Positions 1 to 9,967 are shown, counted from the stretch's first letter. The stretch is DNA of 64,000 nucleotides from a virus (IMGVR_UViG_3300028840_006985), one strand, 5' to 3'. Numbers and translations: made by a program. Notes: generated by a model from the letters alone, not told the origin.

Positions 1-36
1 GAATTGCAAGAGCCATGGTATTATGAATTTGATTAA

Positions 37-324
37 ATGAATAGATTAACAGACATAAAAAATAAATTATTATTTATTGAGAAGAAGATATCCCAGTTGG
101 AAAAGATGGGTGGAAAAGGGGAGATTCAACAAAAAAATGATAAAACTTGGGATTTAACGTATTTAGGTCATTCGCATGGTTTTTCTAAGCCTGTTGGAAA
201 CTATAAGAAGAAATATTATGCTGTCTTGGCTGCAAGAAGACGTGGAATAAATGTTATTCGATTTCTTGATAGCAGGGGCAAAGAAATAAAAAAATCGAAA
301 GAGGACAAAAATGTCAGTACTTAA
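37..324 (+). CDS. hypothetical basic protein
   Basis: 95-aa ORF, co-oriented with and overlapping the next gene; no recognised motif. Confidence 0.5.
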   Translation: MNRLTDIKNKLLFIEKKISQLEKMGGKGEIQQKNDKTWDLTYLGHSHGFSKPVGNYKKKYYAVLAARRRGINVIRFLDSRGKEIKKSKEDKNVST

Positions 325-835
325 TAAGAATAACGATTTAACAAAAATGTTAAAAACACTAACAGACAGATCAAACAAGTCAAAAATAGAGGAAGGCATT
401 TTAGGAGATTTGTTAGCTGTATTTAAAAGCCCAGAAGCGCTAACTGATCAACATAGAAAAATTGTTACAAAGTTTTGGAGAAATAGAACAATACGGCAAA
501 TGAAAATTATCGAAAAAGAGTTAGCCGCTACTGCTCGAGTAACTAAAAAACTTAGAGACCCTGAGAAGAATCCCAGTTTGTATAAACAATTGTTAGAGAT
601 GACATATAATGCCATGTCTGAAATGAGATTGTTAATTACATTTATGAATAACTGGGAAAGAAGAAAGGTTCCTCAAAAAGTTACAGGATTAGAGCGATTG
701 GATATGCAAGATGCAGCCAGAGAAGCCAGGTATACTGGTGAGCCAGATGAAGAAGAAAAAAAGGATGACGATGATGATAAAGACAAGGAAGAGGTAGAGA
801 TTAGAGAAATTAGAAGAAGAAAAAGAAAAGCATAA
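311..835 (+). CDS. hypothetical protein, paralog of the N-terminal domain of 2437..3684
   Basis: Shares EGI..DL.A.F.S.EALTDQHRKIVTKFW...NNWE...VP with 2437..3684; acidic/basic tail. Confidence 0.75.
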   Translation: MSVLNKNNDLTKMLKTLTDRSNKSKIEEGILGDLLAVFKSPEALTDQHRKIVTKFWRNRTIRQMKIIEKELAATARVTKKLRDPEKNPSLYKQLLEMTYNAMSEMRLLITFMNNWERRKVPQKVTGLERLDMQDAAREARYTGEPDEEEKKDDDDDKDKEEVEIREIRRRKRKA

Positions 836-841
836 AATAAT

Positions 842-1372
842 TTGGCAATTTTAATGAGTAAATATATAAAAATTGATAATTATTTAACTGAGTTAAAGTC
901 CGATCTTAAAAATACTCCAACGCTTATAAAGCATTGCACGGTAGCGGTTAGCAAAAAAGGAAGTGGATTTAAAAAATGGAAAGGACAGAGTAGAGAATTT
1001 GGCGCTTTTAGCATGTGCCGACATGTTATGTCCCGACCTTACCATAAGGGTACTAAAAAAGGTGAACCACCTTTTTACAAGCATGGTTCTGCTGTTGGTA
1101 GGGTTAGTGATATAAAGCGGACTAAAAGGGGAGTTAATAGAGATTTAAAGCATACTCAAGAGAAAGGTGGCCGAGCAAAGACGGCCGCTTTTAATAGAAA
1201 GGCTAAAAAAATTGAAAAGGAATATTTGGATTTGCTAGATAAAGAAAAAAAAATCAAAGGATTAGTTAAGAACAAGATGTTACAAAAGCCGGCATGGAGC
1301 CGGGCTATTAAGGATAAAAAACGATTAGATATAAGAAAATGGTTAAAAACTAAACTGGATAAGCTATCTTAA
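842..1372 (+). CDS. hypothetical basic protein
   Basis: 176-aa ORF with TTG start, tightly packed in operon. Confidence 0.6.
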   Translation: MAILMSKYIKIDNYLTELKSDLKNTPTLIKHCTVAVSKKGSGFKKWKGQSREFGAFSMCRHVMSRPYHKGTKKGEPPFYKHGSAVGRVSDIKRTKRGVNRDLKHTQEKGGRAKTAAFNRKAKKIEKEYLDLLDKEKKIKGLVKNKMLQKPAWSRAIKDKKRLDIRKWLKTKLDKLS

Positions 1373-1426
1373 TAATAAGAAGATTTTTATTAAAAGGATC
1401 AATTAAACATTTGAACAGGAAAAATA

Positions 1427-1852
1427 ATGAAAGAAATTTCAGACATTTCAGACATGATGGATGAATTAGCTCAGATAGCAGGTATTGGAAATGGAACAAG
1501 AAATAAAGAAAATGCTTCATTTGGTATATTAGATTCAATTACCAAAAACAGTAGAGACGATGATAAGCCTGCTCTTAGCGAATGTAATTCAATTGCACCT
1601 AAAAAATATATTCCACCCAAGCTTCAAGATACTCCAGTTGAAGGGTTAATTATGAAATTTGGAGGCGGTTCTACCAATGATGAATTAGGTTTAGAAAAGA
1701 CAAATAGTTCATTTGTTAAAGTAGAAGGCGTTGATGACAATCCTGCTTTTGTTAACAACATAAGTGCCATGACAGAAATGGGAAACATAGAAGCAATAAA
1801 AAGTGCAGTTTCTAACCTAGTGACTTTACTAGGTGGAAAGGTAATTTGGTAA
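1427..1852 (+). CDS. hypothetical protein with ..DELAQIAGI N-terminal motif
   Basis: 141-aa ORF in operon; start resembles LxxLAGI-type starts I recall from large-phage virion proteins. Confidence 0.6.
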   Translation: MKEISDISDMMDELAQIAGIGNGTRNKENASFGILDSITKNSRDDDKPALSECNSIAPKKYIPPKLQDTPVEGLIMKFGGGSTNDELGLEKTNSSFVKVEGVDDNPAFVNNISAMTEMGNIEAIKSAVSNLVTLLGGKVIW

Positions 1853-1853
1853 A

Positions 1854-2426
1854 ATGACTTGTAGTTCAAGACCAAAATGTCTCGATACTGAAAAAACTTT
1901 TTTTAGAGACATTATAGATGAAATAGAAGCATTAAAAGGAACTACAAGTGACGGGTCCAATTGTGCCGGATTTGGCATGGGATTAAACGAAAAATTTATC
2001 GATCTGGATGAGATGGCAGGCGTAATTATAGGAAGATATTTAATTCTTAAAATAGATCAAAGCTCAAGAAATCCTCTTTATGACGAGCCGATCAATGACG
2101 CCTACCATGAAGAGGTACAGTATGGGTTTGAATTGGAATTTTTCTATGCATTTTTAAATACTGAAGTCGATGTAGATGGAGCAGGAAAACGGACCCAGAA
2201 GGCGACTAGAATTAAAATTATTCGAGATACTTGGAATGAAAAGATGATAGAGTTGTCGTTGGTAAACACTTATCCTAAGATAGGTGACGTAGTAAAAATT
2301 AATAATAATTATTTTAACGTAGTAGATGTTGGAAAAGATAAAGACACTGGAATAACCTCTGACACTTTTAATTTAGAATTAATCAAAAGAAGTAAATTTG
2401 TTCCAGAAAGAAAACTTAACACTTAA
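1854..2426 (+). CDS. putative neck/head-completion protein (T4 gp14-like)
   Basis: NPLYDEP and YPKIGDVV motifs, 190 aa, upstream of tail genes; recalled similarity only. Confidence 0.45.
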   Translation: MTCSSRPKCLDTEKTFFRDIIDEIEALKGTTSDGSNCAGFGMGLNEKFIDLDEMAGVIIGRYLILKIDQSSRNPLYDEPINDAYHEEVQYGFELEFFYAFLNTEVDVDGAGKRTQKATRIKIIRDTWNEKMIELSLVNTYPKIGDVVKINNNYFNVVDVGKDKDTGITSDTFNLELIKRSKFVPERKLNT

Positions 2427-2436
2427 GGAAGATAAA

Positions 2437-3684
2437 ATGAACAAAAGTATTATTAATGACTTAGAAAAGATATTACAAGAAAGTAATAATGATGTTATTG
2501 TTGAAGGCATTATTAGTGATTTAATAGCTAAATTTAGAAGTCATGAGGCATTAACGGATCAACATAGAAAAATTGTTACAAAGTTTTGGAAAAAAAGAGT
2601 TATTGCTCAGATGGAAATGCTTGGAAAGCATATTGAGTCTTCGACTAGGGTAGCAAGAAAATTAAATGATCCAAAAAAGAATGAAGATTTATACCGACAA
2701 ATATTAGATATGGTATATTCATTCATGTCTGAAGCAAAGTTGCTTACATCTCTTATGAATAATTGGGAAAAAACAAAAGTACCTAAAGAAATTACTGGAG
2801 ATGAACGAGCAGATATAAAAGATGCAGCTCAAGAGGTAAATTATAAAGGCGAAAAAGAACCAGAAAAAGAACCAGAAAAAGAACCAGAAAAAGAACCAGA
2901 AAAAGAACCAGAAAAAGAACCAGAAAAAGAACCAGAAAAAGAACAAAAATCAACATGGCAAAAAGCAAAAGAGACAGCAGCTGAACAAGTTAAAAAAATA
3001 CAAAAAGCAATAGAGCAACTTAAGAAAGATAAAGAAGAAAGAATAAAAAAGGAAAAAGAAATTAGAGAAAGAGTAAAAAAGGCAACACAAGAAATAATAA
3101 AACAGAAAAAGGAGAAAGGAAAAAAAGTAGTAAAACAAAAGAAAGAACCTGTTGATGCATTAAGGATGATTGGTAAGGAAAAAAGAGAGAAAGATCTTCT
3201 TGATTTGATAAACAGAGATAAGGAAAGAAAAAGAGCAGAATTAGAAAAGAAAAGGGAAGATGAACAAAAAAGAGCACGAGAAAAGATTAGAAGAATAGAA
3301 AAAGAAAAACAAGAAAGAAAAGATAGAGAGGAAGAAGAGAAAAAAAGACGACAAAAGGCAGAAAAAGATTTTCTTGATTTTTTAGATAAAGAAAGAAAAA
3401 AAGAACAGGAAGAAGAAAAAGAAAGAAAAAATAAGGAAATAAGAAGAAAAAAAGAAAGAGAAGAATTTTATAAATCTTTTAAGAAAAATGAAAAAGAAAG
3501 AGAAAAAATACAAAAGAAAGTAGCAAAAGATATAGACGATTTGTATAAAATATACAAAGAGACGACTAAAGGAAAAAAGATAGATCGTAGACATAAAAGA
3601 AGAGTGCCTCCACAAGAACGAAAGGCTCATTTAGCTAAACTGATAGCTGCCAGGAAAGAAGATCGCAAAAGGAGAACAAAATGA
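2437..3684 (+). CDS. EKEP-repeat, highly charged coiled-coil protein (paralog of 311..835)
   Basis: ATG 2437 follows AAGGAAG; shared N-domain, (EKEP)n linker, long K/E/R-rich tail. Confidence 0.75.
   Translation: MNKSIINDLEKILQESNNDVIVEGIISDLIAKFRSHEALTDQHRKIVTKFWKKRVIAQMEMLGKHIESSTRVARKLNDPKKNEDLYRQILDMVYSFMSEAKLLTSLMNNWEKTKVPKEITGDERADIKDAAQEVNYKGEKEPEKEPEKEPEKEPEKEPEKEPEKEPEKEQKSTWQKAKETAAEQVKKIQKAIEQLKKDKEERIKKEKEIRERVKKATQEIIKQKKEKGKKVVKQKKEPVDALRMIGKEKREKDLLDLINRDKERKRAELEKKREDEQKRAREKIRRIEKEKQERKDREEEEKKRRQKAEKDFLDFLDKERKKEQEEEKERKNKEIRRKKEREEFYKSFKKNEKEREKIQKKVAKDIDDLYKIYKETTKGKKIDRRHKRRVPPQERKAHLAKLIAARKEDRKRRTK
2851..2945 (+). repeat. 12-bp tandem repeat GAAAAAGAACCA, ~8 copies (EKEP)
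   Basis: Read directly: 7 perfect units plus GAAAAAGAACA. Confidence 0.95.
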
Positions 3685-4031
3685 GTATTCTATTAGAGAT
3701 GAAACAGATAGTAAGACAGTTTTTAGGCGAAGAAGAAGAGGAAGGAAAAGAAGATACTAATATTGATAAAGATGGAAATAGAATTGATCCTAAACCTGTT
3801 CTTAAAAAGGAAAAAGACAAAGAAGAACCGCAAAAAGACGAAAAAGACAAAGAAAAGCCTAAAAAAGTTTCTCAAGAAGATGCTAACTATATAGAAATAT
3901 CCACTGATCCAGATAAAATATGTAGTTTATGTATTAAATTTGTAACACCTTCTTCGTGTCATAAAGTAGAAGGTGAGGTTAGTCCGGACGGGCTTTGCAG
4001 GTTTTTTGAAAAAAAGACAAATAACGAGTAA
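3681..4031 (+). CDS. acidic-leader protein with C-terminal HiPIP-like 4-Cys domain
   Basis: ANY....DPDKICSLCIKFV....CHKVEGEVSPDGLCRFF fits the HiPIP pattern CxxC..F..C..V.G.I...G.C..aromatic. Confidence 0.6.
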   Translation: MSILLEMKQIVRQFLGEEEEEGKEDTNIDKDGNRIDPKPVLKKEKDKEEPQKDEKDKEKPKKVSQEDANYIEISTDPDKICSLCIKFVTPSSCHKVEGEVSPDGLCRFFEKKTNNE

Positions 4032-4035
4032 GAAA

Positions 4036-5388
4036 ATGAACATATTTCAAATAAATTATTGGTTATTGGAACAAATTAATTTACTAATTGAAGCTACGCC
4101 GGAACAGTTAAAACAAAAATATCCTAAATATGCTTCTATTATAGAGAAATTGCAAAAACATAAAGTTCATATTGGTAAATTTTTTCCTTATGTTCTTAAA
4201 AAAATTGAAAAAGGAGAAAATAAAGATTTAATTGTAGAATTAATTATTAAGTTTAGTAATTTTAGCAGTAGAGGTAAATTTAAAAAAGCATTCAAATCAG
4301 ATTTGATATCAAAAAAAGAATTTGATATTTTATATTGGACTAAAAAAGAAGTTAAAGAGTTTAAAGATTTTATAGAAGGTTTTGAAAAATATGAATTAAA
4401 GTCGCTTAAAGAGAAAAAAGCGCGTCATAAACAAGCTGATTTAATCGGTAAGGTAAAAAGATTTTCAATATATATGCCTCAAGATTCTAAATCTTGTAGA
4501 ACGATTGCGCCAGATACTAAATGGTGTATAGCCAGAAAAAAGAGAGGACAAAAATATTTTGATGATACTATAGAAAAAGGTGAAATTCCTTTTTTTATAA
4601 TTGATGAATTTTCAGATACTCGTACAAATGATATGGCTAAAGTAGGTTTTTCATACAATATAAATTATTATAGTGGTCATAAATATTTTAATGCAAAAGA
4701 TGTTTCTCTTTCTCAATCAGATTTAATAAAATATTATGGTGAATTATGGAATAAAATAGAATTAATAATAAGTGAAAAAGTATCAAAAGTTAAAGGAACT
4801 GTACAAAAAAGAATAGAACGTATAAAAAAAGAAAAGGAAGAAAGAAGAAAAAAAATAGAAAGTACACGTGAAGAAAATGAAGCACTTGCAGGTGATGTGG
4901 TAATAGTAGCAGACTATGCTGATGAAGAAATTGCGGATACTGGAGTAAGCAATTTGCTTCATAGCATGGAACAAGAAGGTGAACTTGATTCAACCTTAAG
5001 CGATCGTGATTATAATCATATTGCTAGTGAAGTAATATACAAAGTAACTCAATTAATAGGTAACTTGGTAGGCACTATAACTGAGCCATTAAGATGTATG
5101 CTGCATGAAATAGATTATTATGATCTTGAAATAGATTGGAATATAGATGAATTAAGACCGGAAGAATATTTAGACAAGGAACCTCCCAAAGAACCTAAAA
5201 ATCCTAGTAAGGACGAAAAAAAGCAATATAAAAAAGATAAAGAAATTTATGATATATCTGATTATATTATTAACAATATAATAGAACAAGGACCTGACAT
5301 TGCAGGTTTTTATATTCATCCTCAACATTTAAAAATTATTGACAAAGTAACTTACGATGAGGCATTAGAATTCCATGGAGGAGAATAA
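4036..5388 (+). CDS. PcfJ-like domain protein, paralog 1 of 3
   Basis: ATG 4036 just after upstream stop; IYMP...CRTI...TKWCIA...FFIIDE motif shared with 56535 and 60943. Confidence 0.65.
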   Translation: MNIFQINYWLLEQINLLIEATPEQLKQKYPKYASIIEKLQKHKVHIGKFFPYVLKKIEKGENKDLIVELIIKFSNFSSRGKFKKAFKSDLISKKEFDILYWTKKEVKEFKDFIEGFEKYELKSLKEKKARHKQADLIGKVKRFSIYMPQDSKSCRTIAPDTKWCIARKKRGQKYFDDTIEKGEIPFFIIDEFSDTRTNDMAKVGFSYNINYYSGHKYFNAKDVSLSQSDLIKYYGELWNKIELIISEKVSKVKGTVQKRIERIKKEKEERRKKIESTREENEALAGDVVIVADYADEEIADTGVSNLLHSMEQEGELDSTLSDRDYNHIASEVIYKVTQLIGNLVGTITEPLRCMLHEIDYYDLEIDWNIDELRPEEYLDKEPPKEPKNPSKDEKKQYKKDKEIYDISDYIINNIIEQGPDIAGFYIHPQHLKIIDKVTYDEALEFHGGE

Positions 5389-5391
5389 TAC

Positions 5392-5802
5392 ATGGATAAA
5401 GCATCCATTGAAATAAGAGTACATTATGATAATAATTTTCAAACAGTAATGGACGGCGAAATGATTACTGTCAAAATTCCATCCAGTTGGATACCTGAAC
5501 AATTTCATGTTATGACTGCTCCAATTTGTGGCATTTATAAGGATGGCAGTCTAGTACAACAAAAAGATTATACAACTGTTGATTCTGAAATTATAGAACC
5601 AATATATGCTAGATCGCATATGGCTAATCTTGGCAAGTTTCCTGAAGAAATAACAGAAAATATAATAAAGAATTTAGTTGACAAAGCCATGGAGGAATGT
5701 AAAAAAATAGGATTAACACATTTTTACACTATAGTGAAAAACCCCTACAATCAACATATAAGAATAAGGGGCGCTAAATGGAGCGCAAATGACACGAAAT
5801 GA
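5392..5802 (+). CDS. hypothetical protein
   Basis: 136-aa ORF, GGAG RBS, in operon. Confidence 0.6.
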   Translation: MDKASIEIRVHYDNNFQTVMDGEMITVKIPSSWIPEQFHVMTAPICGIYKDGSLVQQKDYTTVDSEIIEPIYARSHMANLGKFPEEITENIIKNLVDKAMEECKKIGLTHFYTIVKNPYNQHIRIRGAKWSANDTK

Positions 5803-6130
5803 TATTGTACGAGCTATGCAGTCTGGGTGGATTTTTGTTTGTGCAGCTTGTGACAGGTTGTGGGAGGGGAAAGAACTAAACCTTAAACAAGAGGATGGTA
5901 GCTTTCGATGTACGTCTAAGAAAGGATGCAAATCTCCTGCTAGTGGAGGAAATTTTTGTGATTATCAAGGCCCTATTACTAACTTTTCAAATTTCTGTTA
6001 TATTTGTGGCGGCAAGGCGGACTATGGCTTATATCCAGAGGAAATTAATGGATTATATCGAGTAAATGGTAGTAGAAAGGTAATTGGGGTTTGTGAAAAA
6101 CACAAAAATTTAATTAAAAGGAAAGTATAG
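5789..6130 (+). CDS. Cys-rich putative zinc-binding protein
   Basis: CAAC, C.SKKGC, CYIC, CEKH motifs. Confidence 0.6.
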   Translation: MTRNDIVRAMQSGWIFVCAACDRLWEGKELNLKQEDGSFRCTSKKGCKSPASGGNFCDYQGPITNFSNFCYICGGKADYGLYPEEINGLYRVNGSRKVIGVCEKHKNLIKRKV

Positions 6131-6370
6131 ATGCCATTAAGGAAGCGATGTTCTATAGATGCTTTTAACTATAATGTCAATTTGCATAAAAAGAAAGGAG
6201 ATCCACCTTCTAAACAAGATATTGCTATTGCTTATAGTGTTTTGAGAAAGGCGTGTGGAATTGAAAGCAAAAAGAAAATGACACCTTCCGAGATGATTAG
6301 AAGAAATAAAATCAAGAAAGTATCAGAAACATTGGAAATTTTGTTTAAAAAAGTAACAGAGAAGGATTAG
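6131..6370 (+). CDS. small basic hypothetical protein
   Basis: 79 aa, KQDIAIAYS motif, abuts previous stop. Confidence 0.55.
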   Translation: MPLRKRCSIDAFNYNVNLHKKKGDPPSKQDIAIAYSVLRKACGIESKKKMTPSEMIRRNKIKKVSETLEILFKKVTEKD

Positions 6371-6375
6371 AATAA

Positions 6376-7353
6376 TTATAAATATTCTTGAGTTATTTTT
6401 GTAGATATCGTTTCAGAATCAATCTTTTCTTTAATAATACCAATAATTCTATTAATTACTTGTCTAACCCGTTCTCGTGATAGGTTATGTTTTCGTCCAA
6501 TTTCTTTAAGAAGAAATACATCATCATATGGTGGAAGGCCAAACCTCATACAAAACATATCAAGATCACGTTTTTTTGATGTAAAAACTCCTAAAGATGG
6601 CAAAATATTTTTATATAAATAAGAAATATCAATTGCTTCAATGCCTGATGTGGTATTGCTAGGTATGCATTCGATCCATGGATCGCTAGAGCCAGGCAGG
6701 GTGGCGTCGAGTGACGCATCCCGATATCGGGTTATCTTTTTTTTGCCGCTAGTACAATCCATAGGAACTCTTACCATGTACAATTCATTGCTTACCAAGG
6801 CTTTTCTAATATGCGTATGAATCCATGGATATCCATAGGTGGAAAATCTAACATTATAAGATGGATCATAATGCTCGATTGCATTAAACAGTCCCAAATA
6901 TGCACATTGTTTAATATCTTTCCATTGGACAGTGTACCTCTGAAGGTAGGACATAAAATTTTTGGCTACTGTAAATGCTAATCCACTGTTTTGAACAATG
7001 ATTATGCTACGAAAATCAAGTAATTCCTTATTGATTTTTACAAGAGTAGGAGTACATTCTTCAGGGTGGTCAGTTACAAACCGATGAACAATATTACGAT
7101 TTTTCCCATCAAAATCATTTACATGAAGAGTATTTAAATCGCAATTACTATCTAAAAAAAGGGAATTTAAAAGAATAATGTTTTCTTTACTATTGTAAGA
7201 TATCTTCCAAAATTTTTTAACAAGTGCTCGAAAATGGACAAACACAGCCTTTTCTTCTTGAGGGCCATAAGGTGGTGTTCCAATACGGGGTGGCTTGCCT
7301 TTGTAAGTTTTTATAAAATTTTCAACTAATTGATTACTTGTTTTAGTATTCAT
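6376..7353 (-). CDS. sigma70-family RNA polymerase sigma factor
   Basis: Region 2 DIKQCAYLGLFNAIEHYDPSYNVRFSTYGYPWI; region 4 LKEIGRKHNLSRERVRQVINR. Confidence 0.9.
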   Translation of the reverse strand: MNTKTSNQLVENFIKTYKGKPPRIGTPPYGPQEEKAVFVHFRALVKKFWKISYNSKENIILLNSLFLDSNCDLNTLHVNDFDGKNRNIVHRFVTDHPEECTPTLVKINKELLDFRSIIIVQNSGLAFTVAKNFMSYLQRYTVQWKDIKQCAYLGLFNAIEHYDPSYNVRFSTYGYPWIHTHIRKALVSNELYMVRVPMDCTSGKKKITRYRDASLDATLPGSSDPWIECIPSNTTSGIEAIDISYLYKNILPSLGVFTSKKRDLDMFCMRFGLPPYDDVFLLKEIGRKHNLSRERVRQVINRIIGIIKEKIDSETISTKITQEYL

Positions 7354-8543
7354 TTTCGTTTATTTTTTTTTAACACATCCGTTGGACAATTAGGATTACT
7401 TGCTACTGTTATTCTAACATCCCAATCGCTGTCTTCGCTTAACGTTTCTAATATTTTTATTGGACAATTAGGATTCGATGCTATAGTTTCTCTAATAATC
7501 CAATAATCATCTTTACTTAACTTTTCTAAGGTTCCTATTGGACAATTGGGATTTTCTGCTACTGCCTTCCTGACATCACAATAATCATCTTCGCTTAACT
7601 TTTCTAAGATTCCTACCGGACAATTGGAATTTTCTGCTACCGCCTTCCTAATATTCCAACTGCCATTCTTGCTCAATTTTTCTAGAGTCTCTGTTGAACA
7701 GCTGAGATTTTCTGCTACTGCCCTCCTGACATCACTATCATTATCTTCACTTAACTTTTCTAAGATTCCTACCGGACAATTGGGATTTTTTGCTACTGCC
7801 CATCTAACATTCCAACTATCGTCTTTACTTAACTTTTTTAATATATTCGTTGAGCAATTAGAATTTTTTGCTACTATCCATCTAATATCATCATTATTAT
7901 TATCTTCACTTAACTTTTTTAATATATTCGTTGGGCAATTAGGATTATTTGCTATTGCCATTTTAAATTCATTATTATTATCTTCACTTAACTTTTTTAA
8001 TATATCCACCGGACAGCTAGGATTCCTTGCTATAGCTAACCTAACATCATAGTCGCTGTCTTCGTTTAATTTTTTTAATGTCTCTACCAGACAATTAGGA
8101 TTACCTGCTACCGCTCTCCTAATCTCCCAATGACTATCTTTGCTTAATTTTTCTAGTGTCTTTGCTGAACAATTAGGATTCCTTGCTACTGCCTTCCTAA
8201 CAATCCAATCATTGTTCAGGCTTAGCTCTTCTAATACATTAATAATATCTAATTCCTCTTTGATATATATTTCTGAACAGACAACTTTATCATTTTTCTT
8301 TTTTATTTCTCCTTCATTTTCATCTCTTTCTTTCATCTCTCCTCCCCCTTCTACCTTGCAACAATGATATGCCTCCTCTTTATAATATTGAAATGCATCT
8401 TCTAAATCTCTTGAAAAATGAAAGCCCGAATTACATAAAATTACCGGACCATCATGCTTATATCTCTCTCCTACCTTAAACTGAAAATCACCGTACTTTG
8501 CTTTGTAATCTTTTAAGAAAAATTTGTATCCTTCTATTATCAT
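7350..8543 (-). CDS. DUF7666-like N-domain plus leucine-rich-variant (LRV/HEAT-like) repeat protein, copy A
   Basis: Start 8543 after AAGGA; GYK..FHFS..DAF.YY N-domain; 11 repeats of about 26 aa (VR.AVA.NPNCP..ILEKLS.D). Confidence 0.8.
   Translation of the reverse strand: MIIEGYKFFLKDYKAKYGDFQFKVGERYKHDGPVILCNSGFHFSRDLEDAFQYYKEEAYHCCKVEGGGEMKERDENEGEIKKKNDKVVCSEIYIKEELDIINVLEELSLNNDWIVRKAVARNPNCSAKTLEKLSKDSHWEIRRAVAGNPNCLVETLKKLNEDSDYDVRLAIARNPSCPVDILKKLSEDNNNEFKMAIANNPNCPTNILKKLSEDNNNDDIRWIVAKNSNCSTNILKKLSKDDSWNVRWAVAKNPNCPVGILEKLSEDNDSDVRRAVAENLSCSTETLEKLSKNGSWNIRKAVAENSNCPVGILEKLSEDDYCDVRKAVAENPNCPIGTLEKLSKDDYWIIRETIASNPNCPIKILETLSEDSDWDVRITVASNPNCPTDVLKKNKRK
7370..8230 (-). repeat. 78-bp-period coding repeat array (LRV)
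   Basis: GGACAA anchors at 7384 and 7462 are 78 nt apart; 11 degenerate units. Confidence 0.85.
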
Positions 8544-8563
8544 GGTTTGATCCTTTTGTATTT

Positions 8564-8884
8564 TTAAATTAGTATTAGAATCATGAGAAGTATTATACTG
8601 ATGCAAACTGTTATAATAATTAATATGATTCCAAAACTTTTTATAAGAGTAGGTAAAACAATTTTTATATTAATTTCTAAGTTTTGGATGTTTGCTCCAA
8701 GTCTGTCTACTTTTTGTTCTATTTCATCAAGTCTGTCTACTTTTTGTTCTATTTTATCAAGTCTGTCTACTTTTTGTTCTATTTTTGCAACATCGTTAAG
8801 GATTTTTAAACCTATATCTCTTTCTAGATTTAATATATTTTTTAAACGATCAATATATATTGCAAGATTTTTGACATAATTCAT
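8564..8884 (-). CDS. coiled-coil protein with C-terminal transmembrane helix
   Basis: (IEQKVDRLD)x3 followed by hydrophobic FGIILIIITVCISIILLMILILI. Confidence 0.65.
   Translation of the reverse strand: MNYVKNLAIYIDRLKNILNLERDIGLKILNDVAKIEQKVDRLDKIEQKVDRLDEIEQKVDRLGANIQNLEINIKIVLPTLIKSFGIILIIITVCISIILLMILILI
8698..8785. repeat. 30-bp tandem repeat, 3 copies
   Basis: CAAGTCTGTCTACTTTTTGTTCTATTT core at 8698, 8728, 8758. Confidence 0.9.
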
Positions 8885-8908
8885 AGGTTACCATATTTAA
8901 ATGTGCGT

Positions 8909-9967
8909 TTAAATTGTTTTAACTTTGTTCAGGTACCAGTTCCGAGCGATTATTGAAACTTGTTTACTTACCTGTTTCCATGGTAGATCGTTTGTAGTAA
9001 GCTCATCGGTCGATTCTTTTAAAATATCATTATTAATCCATTTCAAAAAAGGACCCATCATTTTTATATCAATTCCATCTTGACACACTATCGATAATCC
9101 TTGCTCGCACCGTGCTTCGGTAACAAATTTTTCAGCAAATATTTGTGCATTTTTTATAATTTGAGGATCCATTTGTGCGGGTTTTTCCTGTTTAACAACT
9201 TGATGCTTTTTTCCTTTTGCTTTAAATATCAGTTCGGCAATTTCATCACGTGGGACAGATCTGTGACAAATTTGAGGATACATTACTATTCCTTCTCCAA
9301 TTCCTTCAACGCCAAATTGTTCAAAAACCCACGGATCTTTTTCTTCTACAGTATTTACTAATTCATTAATAAGGTCTACTTTTTTTCTTAAATCATCCTC
9401 ATTACCAAAGCTGAGAGCTATTGAATCGGTTGTTAACCATGGAATTACAAAGATATCATTAAAATTAATATCAATATTTTCATAATTTAACCATTTACTA
9501 TTAATATCTTCAGGATCTGTATAAAGGATGGAGTTTTCGTTAAAATTATTGTCATCTTCCTTACCTAATTGGATAGCAAAGATGGCGAAAATTTTTTTAC
9601 CTATTTTAGATATAGCTGTTCTTCGTTGAATTCCTTGGCCACACCATTCCCCGAAAATTACCAACTTGTAACCAGGTGGACGATTTAATATGGAAAAATA
9701 TGATTTATTTTTTGTAACCCAAGCACAAAATTCATAATTGTCCTTGCCGATAGATAGAATTCGTTCTCGTGATTGGGCGGTAACATTACCCTCTGAATCA
9801 ATCTGAACAATACCACACGTTCCATCCAGTTTGACTTTAGGACGGTATTTAATGGTAGGATAATCGTATTTTTGCCCTAATTCCTGTTCAATATATTTTT
9901 TTCGTTTTTTAATACTTCTTCTTAGATTGTGAAATTGTTCTATACTTATCCATTTTACTAGCTGCAT
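8909..9967 (-). CDS. RNA ligase (Rnl2-like adenylyltransferase family)
   Basis: Motif I KLDGT, FGEWCGQGIQ, EGIVMYP, FKAKG. Confidence 0.85.
   Translation of the reverse strand: MQLVKWISIEQFHNLRRSIKKRKKYIEQELGQKYDYPTIKYRPKVKLDGTCGIVQIDSEGNVTAQSRERILSIGKDNYEFCAWVTKNKSYFSILNRPPGYKLVIFGEWCGQGIQRRTAISKIGKKIFAIFAIQLGKEDDNNFNENSILYTDPEDINSKWLNYENIDINFNDIFVIPWLTTDSIALSFGNEDDLRKKVDLINELVNTVEEKDPWVFEQFGVEGIGEGIVMYPQICHRSVPRDEIAELIFKAKGKKHQVVKQEKPAQMDPQIIKNAQIFAEKFVTEARCEQGLSIVCQDGIDIKMMGPFLKWINNDILKESTDELTTNDLPWKQVSKQVSIIARNWYLNKVKTI

Noticed and set aside
2719-3850. Minus-strand Phe-rich ORFs (2719..2946, 2950..3138, 3062..3277, 3382..3630, 3635..3850)
   Set aside because: Antisense shadows of A-rich, Lys/Glu-rich plus-strand genes
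7624-8367. Plus-strand repetitive ORFs over LRV copy A (similarly 19865..20950 over copy B)
   Set aside because: Antisense reading of the 78-bp repeats
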